Source: Tubulanus polymorphus
Lineage: Eukaryota > Animalia > Nemertea
NCBI RefSeq assembly: GCF_964204645.1
Contig: NC_134034.1
Span: forward strand, 11,110,962-11,174,961
Direction of reading: 5' to 3'
Length of the DNA stretch: 64,000 nucleotides
Shown here piece after piece: positions 25,583 to 40,100 of the stretch. Numbering within the stretch: the first letter of the stretch is position 1; each line of letters begins with the position of its first letter. The notes under the pieces were generated by a model. It did no database searches. It was not told where the DNA came from and was given only the letters and a program-made list of their open reading frames with translations. The translations under genes were made by a program, and so were the position numbers.

Positions 25583-28500
25583 TTAGAGACGATCAGGAGG
25601 TCATCGGCTACATTTACCGAAAGCATGAAGAAAATAAAAACAATGATTTTTACAAGAGAAACACAAATCTCACGTAATTAATCATGTAATGTTAACACCA
25701 AAAGAAGGAAACTGGGTACCACTTTTAAAGGCAAAGTTAACTATTCAGGACTCTGCTTCTGTATATAAAATTCAAACCGATCATCAGTGGAAATATCAAA
25801 TTAGCGGGTGGTGAAATATATATGCCGTCACAAAATATTGCCGAAGGGCACTTAGATTTTAGACCGTACAAACAATGTATTGGGCAATACGGTCTGGATC
25901 CGCCCCTGATGGCTATAGTGGCAATCAAATTTCGTAATTACTCTTCGGCAGCTCAACACTCGCTTCTAACCAGTCAACAAGCGTTAGTGTGTCCGGGTTG
26001 AAGTGGTAAGCTGTATTGCCAATATTCGATTATCATGTTTTCCGGACATCCTCGTCTCCGCACAATGTTGGTGGAAATATTGGGTTGAAAAAAGAGGTGG
26101 ATTGCAAAATAACAAAAAACCACTGACTGGTGAACTAACAAAGTTCAGAGAGAGTAGCTAAACAGATAAAGAATTTCAATCATATTTATTCTCATACAGT
26201 GTACAACAATTATACAAAATGCCAGGTCTGTGCTCGAGGAATTATAACGTAAGCTCCTCAAACACGCTGACTGTATTTCAAAAACAGTCCAACCATGGAC
26301 GTATAAACTATTAACTATAGTTTATACATCCATGGTCCAACCATAGACTCTTAAACAGAAACGTCTATGGCCCACAACCATGGACTCTCGAGTCCACGGC
26401 TCCCCGCACTAAAACCAGAGATAAATACTCTGGAAAGCGTAAGATTTAATGAATCGATCTGATTTACATTTTTACTCTTTAAAATTTGACCCGGCCGGCC
26501 ACCTATCTACCAAGGTATTACTTTAAAATCATGATCAAGCTAACCATAGCATACCGGGCAGCTGGAAATGAACTGATCACAAATTTCATTGATTTATGAA
26601 ATGACCCGGTTGATCAGGAAAAACAAGGTATCATTTTTAGCCTTGACTCAGATTATTCATTAATAAAATTACAAGCTTTTAATATCACATAACAAAATTA
26701 CACAAAGAATTGTAAACTTTGATCCATAAAACACCGACAATTTGGGACTAGTCTGAATGTCTAAGACTATTAATTTGACATTTCATGATGTCACCGGGCA
26801 TGAGTGACACTTGATTATTTCATGAAATATGAAGCATTCTATCATATCAACTATACAGCAAATGACAATGTAAGAAAGATTTCTGTTTATACAAAAAACA
26901 TATCTCCAGCATATAAACATTAAAGCTGGACATAAGATCACAAATTCACTCAAATAATCAATCTCTCATTTCATTTCATTAACATTATTTTTACAAGAAA
27001 ACTGAAATTTTGCAAACTTTGCTTTGTATTCGAGGAATTATCAGTTCTTCGTTAACCAATGGGTGAACTGTATTTGAAACAAAAAAACAGTTCAACATAA
27101 AAGGATTACAATCAGAGATAAAACCTAAAGATTAACTCTGGAAAGCTTGAGATTAGCTAATCAATCTTTATTTTCATTTTCATTTGAATTATTTTCCAAG
27201 ATAACTAGAGTTTTACAAGATAACTAGAGTTTTTCTAACTTTGCCTGAGATTTTCAAACATTGTCAGTTCGCTCATTTAATACGTTATTTCAGGGAAAAC
27301 ATGACAAAAATTTTACTATCGATAACTAATCACGTTTATAGCTGTTTAACATTATTTCTAAAAAAGAGTAAAATGTATCTCCCAGATATTATCCCTAAAA
27401 CAATTAACAGTTACAGCAGTGACAGGGTGTGATATATAGGTAAAAGGACGCATGATCTTTCATCAGTTATTTGAAGCATTCTATCGAAACAGATATTTTT
27501 TAGTGTGTTTGATTTAGTTAAGGTTTATGGTTATTTGTTTTGTTTATTACTGAGCCGATAGAACGCTTAAAACAACAACAGAAAGGATCTCAAGAGGTTG
27601 GGAAACACGGAGAAGGTTGTTCTATGAAAGAAGAACCTTTAATAATTGGATTAAGTTGATTAGAAAAAATGCCTGATGATGAAGGCCCTATATAGAGTAT
27701 TTACTAATTATTTGTTGGTTTTGTTTATTTTTATTACTTATCATTTAATTAGTTTTTTTTGTTATGTATTTTTTTATTAATTGTTTTTTTAATGTATTTT
27801 TCTTAATCATGTTCTATGTATTTTGTACTGTTTATTACAATCTACATCATCAGGAATTTTTTATCGGTGAAATTATGGGCTCACTTAAAAAAGTGCTACA
27901 AATTCACTGCTGCACCTAAATAATAGTTTATTATAAAACACCCCGATTAGTATGAAAGCCACTCAACCTTTTGATATGGATGACAATGAAAGAAGTTAAA
28001 ACAGCTATAAACAAAATTAAAACGATCAAAATCAAGTTCAGGACTAATAACGTTCCAACATCCTTTATTGCATTTAAAAGTTGCAACTGTTTAACTGACT
28101 ACGCTCTCCCTTTTGAACATTTAGGCTATGCAAATCATTTTCACTCAATAAAATATAAAATGAATCACTATTTCTAATATCAATTATCGAATAAAGACTA
28201 AGAGAGTAATTCATTCTATGAACTATTTGATTATTACAAATTAAGCAAAGCTATGTTTAACTAAAGTATGAAGCTTATCTGAACTATCCTGTCGATATTA
28301 TATCTCAATTTCAACTGACCTACAAGTCAAACTGAGACGCTGAACGCGATCAATACCATGAATTAATGGAGCTTAATTTTATGAGACTCCAAGAAGGAAC
28401 TTTAAGGACTTAAATGACTCATCTGTTTCACATATCTAAACAGTTTGCCTAATCAATATAAAGAATCAGGAGGATGCCATTTTATTGAAATATTCAAATA

Positions 28501-28687
28501 TGAATAGAAGGCCCAGAGACCAAATTACCTAATTTTCATTAATCAACATTTCAACAACTAATCAACTATTTCTTTAGTTTATTCTGCCCCTTCAAATAGA
28601 CAGTGAATTTTGTAAACTAATGTTACACATCAGACTGATTTGTAAAAAGGTGATACGTAAAATAAATCAATACTTCACATATTCTAC

Positions 28688-28938
28688 TGTCTCTGCTGCT
28701 CCTGAATAAGTGTTTATAAGACACGCATTGTCTGTGCTGCTCCTGAATAAGTGTTTATAAGATACGCATTGTCTGTGCTGCTCCTGAATAAGTGTTTATA
28801 AGATACGCATTGTCTGTGCTGCTCCTGAATAAGTGTTTATAAGATACGCAATGTCTGTGCTGCTCCTGAATAAGTGTTCTACGCATTGTCTCTGCTGCTC
28901 CTGAATAATTGTTTACAAGATACGCAATGTCTCTGCTC
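28688..28938. repeat. 41-bp minisatellite block A
   Basis: ATAAGTGTTTATAAGATACGCATTGTCTGTGCTGCTCCTGA, about 6 copies. Confidence 0.9.
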
Positions 28939-29577
28939 CACCAAATGTAGAAGAAATCCATCCGATGCTGGGTGAATTTCTCATCTGGACTTCAGCAGTT
29001 AAATTCAAGTTGGATTCATTCTGCTGACTGTTTTAATCAGTAGATTATAGATGGTTAGTTGATCTTAGTATGGGCTTTTTCTCATAGATGTGATTCAGCT
29101 GAAAAGAGTTAAAGAAAATATCCTGTATTCACACAATATTTCATATAACATTAATCATAATAATTTCCATGTGAATCAACTTACCTGTCAAGATTGCTGA
29201 GTATCGGCTAGGATTGTCTTAGTTGGTTCGAGTTAAATTCGTTGGACTCTTCCGTGGTAGTTGATGAGTTCAATTCAAGTTGTACCTTCTATGATTGCTG
29301 TGTTCATTATCGGCGAAGTTCTCCTAAGTTGGTTAGTTCTTGAGTTTCATTCGAATCGGCCCCTTCTGTGCGCTGTTCTCTAATCGGCAGATTTCTGATG
29401 ATTCGTCGACCTCAAGCTCTTGTTTGAGTTGGTGTCCCTTACAAACCTACCACACCTGCCGCGAGCGAAACAGGCGTTTTTTTCTAAATCGGAAATCGAA
29501 GTACAGATATAGTTGTGTGATCGGCGGTCGAGTTTACAGAATATTTTTTCTTTAAATCCAAGCACATAATTGGAAAT

Positions 29578-32705
<3,128 letters not shown>

Positions 32706-32709
32706 ATAA

Positions 32710-33090
32710 GAATCCAGAATTCAGCAAAGTCTTTTTAAAGATTCAATAAATCCTTCGCACAAGAGCCAGAGTTATAGTTCCTGTATTCTTTTGATATCAA
32801 CCGATATTAAATTATACAATTGTCTTATCAACCCCTATGGTTTGGATTCGAGCACTTTTGAGATGAAGATACTGAATTAATCTTCATCGTAGATACCTAA
32901 TCAGTCTACTTAAGTCCTCTATGATTAAAATTTTCTCCGACAATATTTTATGCGGGGCTTGACATGTCTACACGAGAAGAATTTCAGATCCGGTACAAAT
33001 TTGGATTGATCACTATTTCAAACTGCTAATTTTGCATCAGAGCTTTCGATATCTAGTTTGACGAACCCAGACATCCCCAAAACCTAACTG
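32710..33090 (-). mobile_element. Possible decayed non-LTR retrotransposon ORF2 C-terminal remnant
   Basis: Broken minus-strand frames give GFGDVWVRQ, IEDLSRL, RLIQY, LIRQLYN and DFAEFW, reminiscent of the post-RT region of some LINEs; many stops and frameshifts. Confidence 0.3.
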
Positions 33091-35610
33091 ATTCAACAGA
33101 TCCCACACACATGTGGCCTAGTTAGACGCAGATGACATTGCACGATACAGTCGTCTCATCCACTGCGCTATTTTTTGAATAATTTTCACTTATATTCATT
33201 ATATTGAATTGATTTTAATTAATCTTCTAGATATCTAACGCAATCCGTTAATTAGTAATCATACTAGCTTCATTTTAATGTCAGTTAAATTCGTCACTAC
33301 TTGAATTCATTAGAACTTAAGATACAAGCACATTTTTAGTGGTAAATTAGAAATTCCCTTATAGCCGAATTGCTATTTAATCTTTATTTCCCTTTTACAG
33401 TACACTGTGTATAAGACCGAAAGACCTTGTTATGACTGGACCTCCCTGGTGCGGTGCGAGTCATGATGCTGGAATATAGATTGAAGGAGAGGGGTTAGTA
33501 AAAGAGAGCTATTAGCAAGAGGGATAAGACCTAAGTTTAGGATATCCTGTCAGAATAAGGCTCTCAATCTGATATACACAGTGAAATTGAAAATATTCCC
33601 CCTTCCAAATTCAGGAATGTATTTGTGCACAGATTTGTTTTATCTCCCTTCGATCGGAAGTAAATCTTCGTTAAATGATTTTGGCAATATGTATCAAAAC
33701 TAATACAGCTGAATGAAGACACAATAGGTTCACTTAAGATACAGATAAATAAATGTGCTCAGATACACATGTATCAGCTTTAAATGTCCATGGACCTAAA
33801 TTAAAAATATTTTCATATAACAATTGAATTTAACCCTAATTGTAGATATCTAAGTAATACGTTAATGAGTAATTCAAGCTATATTCTAATTGTCAGTTAA
33901 ACTATATCTATTATGCGTCACTTGACACACAGTTATGCTTTTAGATATTATTTGAATCAGTTAGGTTTCGGTAAATTTTGGCAATATTGAAGAGCATGAC
34001 CAGTCGCCGTAATTAGGAGTTTGAGATGCAAGTACTGATCAGTCGATGAGACTGATTCAGATGTGCTCATACATATCAGCTATATTTAAATTGTAAGTTT
34101 AACAACATTTATATTATGGACCTGTATTACATATAGTTTTTGATCTAACATGAAATATTGATTGTGGAATCTTAATTGTGGATATCTAAGCCATTTGTTA
34201 ATGAGCAATTTGTCCTAGTTATATGTATGATAATTGTCAGTTAATCAATAATCATAGCGCAAAACAAGGCACATGGTATGGCTCTGGGGAATGATTTGAA
34301 TCGATTTAAGCTTTGTTTGATTCTAGATTTGTCAAAGTGCTGAGACGTAATCATAGCTTCTAAAAGATCCACAGTCCATAGTTTTCCCCCATGTATATTA
34401 CACCAGACCTCGATAGAGCCCTAGACACTTTTTATACATCTTTCCGCGGAGAAATTCATTAATGCAATGGGTAAAGCAGCATATAATATATACTGTAAAG
34501 TGCCTGAATGTTTATAAATGTATCAATATACTATTTGTAAAAAAATCTATTAACCGACGATGAAGTTTAATTGATATATATCTTTACAAGTAAAGCCAGC
34601 CTAAATGTATACAGGGCCCTAAAATATCTACACCAGAAGAATTTCTCGTCAAACATTATAAGATATTGAATGATTGCTAATATCTAAGCGATTAATTAGT
34701 AAATTGTCCTATCTCTGTATCTTGATTGTCAGTTAAACAATAGTCATATGAGGCCTGAAATATAGCGCCAAGCAAAAAGATGATGGCGTCTCGCCAGATG
34801 GCGCTATGTTACGGTGCCGCTCCAAAAGTCAATTCGGGCGTTATCTGCCTAGCCAAAAGCAATATGGCTATAGTGTATTTTCCCAGGGAATGTATTCGAA
34901 GTAAATATCTACGGTACATTCGAAAAATTACAAATGTCACATTGGATATTGAATTTACCTTAATTGTACATACTTAAAAAAATCTGAATTAATAATTGAC
35001 CAATCTACATTTTAATTATCAGCCAAAGTAGGCCTACATTTATAAGGGACCTCACTCATTGATTTTGTCTAATAGTGTAAATATTTAAGCAATCATTGCC
35101 CTAGTTACATTTCATTTTACTATCAACAATGTACCGGCCACAGAGCCTCAATAAAGTAGTGCGGAGATGCCGAGCTTGACCAGCGTCTCTATCCTCTCCA
35201 GTGCCTATGCATTTTGCTCCAGGTATGAAAAATCAACTAAGCTTTATGTCCTGGTATGTATCCATTCCTGTTGCTTATGCAGAATGAGCTCAAGACTGCC
35301 AGGTTCGGTTGCCAGGTGGAGTCTTTTGTGGTCACTTCTGGTGGGTAGATTTTAGGTTGATATCACGCTGGGCCTTTCCAGATTAAGTTTAGCTGAAATG
35401 AGCAAAAGAATGATATCCTGTAGTTACACAATCCTCTCTGTATCATACATCGTAATTTACATGTGTATCAACTTAACTTTCAATATTGCTGAGTTCAGTG
35501 TTCTTTTTTTTCGGCATCGTCTTCGTTGTCGTCACCTTCAGCATCTTCTTCTTCTTCATCTTGGGAATCCTGAAATTAAAAAAAAGAGAAGAGCGATGAA
35601 AACCTGGTAC

Positions 35611-36415
35611 GGAACAAAACTAATGTCAGAAAGCTTTACAGCTCTCCGTCTTCGGTCACATGCCGAGAACACCAGACAAAGAGCCAGCCAGGAATATACT
35701 GCCCTCTACACGCCCTCACACAGAACACGAAAACCAGGATGACAACGCCTTACTTTCACCATTTACCGACAGGGTGTGCCGGATGACGTCAGTAACTGAC
35801 AAACCTATCAAATTGCCCAAGCCAAAAATCAGGCAGCGCAACTGGATTGCCCGCACTAGCACTCAAAGGAAGACAAGACTTAATCCATGCCCGAAGCAAC
35901 CCACAGGGAATCAATGAATACTAACACGCAAAGGAAGACAGGGAAATTAATCCCTGCCCGAAGCAATCCCTTAAAAGGAATCAATGAATGCTAGCACGCA
36001 AGCGATCCCGCAGTGAATCAATGAATCCTAGCACGCAAAGGAAGACAGGGAAATTAATCCCTGCCCGAAGCAATCCCTTAAAAGGAATCAATGAATGCTA
36101 GAACGCAAAGGAAGACAAGACTAAATCTTTGTCCGAAGCAATTCCTGAAAAGGAATCAATGAATACTAGTAGACAGTCCAGCTTTACCACTCCATTTTTA
36201 ACCAGTCCAGTGCAATCGGACCGACTTGCCCGTCATTGACGTCACCCAGCACACTCTGTAGATAGGTGGGGAGAGTGAGGCCTCGTCATCCTGGTTTCCG
36301 TGTTCCGTATGAGGGCGTGTAGTGGGCAGCCATTTCCTGACCGACTCTTTGTCTGACATCCTCGACACGTGACCGGCGATGGAGAGCCGACGCTTTCGGA
36401 CATTAGTTTTGTTCC
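35611..36415 (-). ncRNA. Candidate long structured hairpin RNA (~255-bp imperfect stem, multibranched repeat loop)
   Basis: Arms 35611-35864 and 36161-36415 are reverse complementary. Substitutions between the arms mostly give G-U pairs on the minus strand. The loop holds ~4.5 ~70-bp self-folding units. No expression evidence. Confidence 0.55.
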
Positions 36416-37120
36416 AGCAAACGTTGAAATCGGCCCTGAAAAATAAAACGGATTAATAAACACGGAACAATACAGGACAGCACAGATACGAACAGTAACA
36501 CATAAAACATAAAGACGTCGTTCCTCAGGAAGCAGGAACAAGAGCAGGAGCGGGAGCGCAGCGAAAATCGCCAGGAGGAGAATCCACGGTGGCATGTTCA
36601 CAGTGTAAGTAAGCTGAGGTGAATGGCCTATGCTTGTGTACACCGTGGTTAGCCGGTGACGTATTCAATAGCGCGTGTAAATGATATCGACAAACTTTGA
36701 AAAACCGCAATTGTGTCTCTTTTGTTGAATGGATTTACATTATGAAAGGTTCCACCGCCGGGTTGAATACGCGCCAGTAGTCAGATGTGAGTAGACTGGT
36801 TACCTGAGATAGAGACCGGTAACCAGTCTAGTCACTTCGCGGCCCCGGCTGCATAAAATTCCGCGGTCTTTAGAACTTAGTGATGTTACTTATTTTCTTT
36901 ATTGCGTAAATAAACTTATCTATATATTTCTAAAGTGAAAGGTTTGTGTTGATTTAATCATGCAGTTCAGCAGTTTTCGGATAGATGGCAGCATTGTATG
37001 TAACGGGAATCAATATTATTGAATTGAGTTGTCAAGTTTGTTCCTGGTTACAAAAAACTCTCATTTGCCGCCGTTAAAGAATTTGACAGCTCTGAAGCAG
37101 AATACAGTGATAAAAATGCT

Positions 37121-40100
37121 ATGTCTTTCTTGAAGTCAGTTGCACCAGTTTTACTGAAACTTCGTCATAAATCGTTGAATAAGGTATTTTAAATATCAAT
37201 CCAATTCAATTAATAATGATTTATTGTTAACCCTAATTGAAATATGTTGAAATTTGGTGTTTCGAGGGTACATGAATAACTGGGTCTAACATAAAGTCTG
37301 ACATCTGTAATTACTAGGTGTGTTTGAATCAAGCTGCAGCGAGTGGATGGATTTTTCAAACCAGGAGACTCCGACGACTGTTTAGTCGGACTTCGAATAT
37401 GGAGAAATCGGCCGGACTACAACATTTACAACAAGCTCAACAGCGCATTAAACAGGTAGAATAAAACATGACTCAGTTCGTCTAATCTGAATGCCAGATA
37501 ATTTACTGGTTTGGTTCCTTATTTGTGTGGGGTTTGGTTCCTTAGTTAGAATCGGATGGGCTTATGTACCCGCTATGAAAATATCTGATCGTGAAGCTAA
37601 ACCACGGACAGTTTATTGACTAGGACTAGCCCTGATTCAGCCCACAGTTAGGGCTTGTCACAAAAGTACCTATAGGATACTGCATTGAATCTCTGATATT
37701 GGATTCCCAGCTATTGCGACAAGGCAATGATTCAAGCCATTGTAACAAGATAATCGTAAAACTGGTTCCCTATTGATAGAGATCTCTCAAAGTCTAATAT
37801 ATGTATGTATTGTATCGTGATAGTGGAGTATCCACGGTGGATTCAATGCGTCTAATACGGATAGTTTGCCGGTGAAGTGCGTCGGTGTGGTTGGAGGCGG
37901 TGGAACGATGGGTAGTGGAATCGTGATGGTTTTACTCAACGCCGGATTACGTGTCGTACTAGTAGAATCAAATACAGAGGTATCAGTTAAAACCTAAATC
38001 TGCTTTAATTTGAACCCAACGCTAAACCTCGCTTAATTTTGAAACCCCCTCATCACATTTTGATGTTGAAGCCCCCTCTAAACCTTATCTAAAGCCTCCT
38101 TGCTTAACCTAGATCCTGCTTAAATCTACCCCCTCTACAGTCTAGACCCTTCACTAAACCTTGCTTAATTTTGAAACCCCCTCATCACATCTTGATGTTG
38201 AAGCCCCCTCTAAACCTTATCTAAAGCCTCCTTGCTTAACCTAGATCCTGCTTAAATCTACCCCCTCTACAGTCTAGCCCCTTCACTAAACCTTGCTTAA
38301 TTTTGAAACCCCCTCATCACATTTTGACGTTGAAGCTCCCTCTAAACCTTATCTAAAGCCTCCTTGCTTAACCTAGATCCTGCTTAAATCTACCCCCTCT
38401 ACAGTCTAGCCCCTTCACTAAACCTTGCTTAATTTTGAAACCCCCTCATCACATTTTGATGTTGAAGCTCCCTCTAAACCTTATCTAAAGCCTCCTTGCT
38501 TAACCTAAATCCTGCTTAAATCTACCCCCTCTACAGTCTAGCCCCTTCACTAAACCTTGCTTAATTGAATCGGCTTCAATTTGAACCCCCTCACGTGCGC
38601 GATGTCGATAGATATATTTTCTAGTCCAGAGACCGAGCCGTTCAGACTATGCGGAATCTCTACTCCAACGCGGTGAAGTTGAAGAAATTGTCACCGGAAC
38701 AAACTGAAAAACATCTCTCGCGTATGATTCCAACTACTGAATATTCGCAATTAAAACGCTGTGATGTCGTAAGTACGAGTTCGAAATCTTCCGTTAAATC
38801 ACCCTATGACACGATCAAAAATAGAATTAGTCCATAGGTCCTTGTGGAAATGTTGGTTGCCTCCATAAAATCCCCCTATGACATCACTAATCGTTTTGGT
38901 CAGAACTGTTTACTGGATTTAGAGATGATGGGTGTCTAGATAAAATAACCCCTATGACATCACTAATTAGCAGTTGCTGATTATATTTGCAGGTGATCGA
39001 AGCTGTATTTGAGAATCTGGAGCTGAAGAAACAAATATTCAACGAATTGGATAAAATCTGTCCACCTCATACGATATTAACATCAAACACGTCATCTTTA
39101 GACATCGATCAGGTAGGGCTCACCCCCTCCCCCTAGCCCCTCTCCCGATTGCAATTTTAAACCTCTAATAGTCTTACTCGATGATTTTCAGCTGGCAGCT
39201 GCCACTAATCGCGCAGATAAAGTGATGGGCACACATTTCTTCATTCCCGTTTACCAATCGAAACTACTCGAGAACAGCTACGGCCGGTCTACGTCGCCGC
39301 AAACTGTCGCTACAGTGATGAAACTCGGGCAGAAGATCGGCAAGGTAAATGAGAATCGATATTTTACCCCTCAGAAAGTTGGCTGCTCGCTTGAAATTAA
39401 TTTGAACAGAAATATGAGAGTTGTTACTGAGGGTCTTACCCCCCTTGATTACTGCTTGTATATATTTATACCGGTATGTTTATTGTAGTTTCCGGTGTTA
39501 ATGAAGAATTGTGAATTATTCGTAGCTAACCGCGCGCTCATACAGTACATGTGGGAAGCTACGTTACTGCTGGAGGAAGGCGCCGATCCGAGTTCCGTCG
39601 ATACAGCCGTCGAGGAGTTCGGAATTCCGATGGGACCGTTCAGACTAAACGATATCATCGGTAATTAACGAGAGAACTGATGCTACCGTTCAGGGGCTGT
39701 AGTTGCTCAAAAGTTGCGTAAAGATAACCGGCCGATAAATACCATAAAAGATTTACTTCTAATTGTCACTATGTTAACTATCCACTGATAAACTCTAACC
39801 AAATGTTCAGCAACTGGCCCCGGATAATTAATGTCATAAGGGGTTTATGTAGTCAGCCATGTTTTTCTGCTTGCTCGAAAATTTCATCTCTGATTGCCAT
39901 TAACATCAGAGCCTTCGGATAACCGGCGGATAAATACTGTAGTTACGATGAACTTTTAATTGTCACTATGTTAACTATCCACCAGTTAACTCTAACCAAC
40001 TTTTCAGCAACTGGTCAACCCTGGACCCAGTTACACAGTTGTGACTTAAATCCAAGAGTGGTCTTAGAAATTAAGACTAGTCTAAAGTTGGCCTTAGACT

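Noticed and set aside
35857-36170. Canonical hammerhead ribozymes in the loop units
   Set aside because: No CUGANGA/GAAA core on either strand, and the wobble pattern favours the strand opposite the loosely similar junctions.
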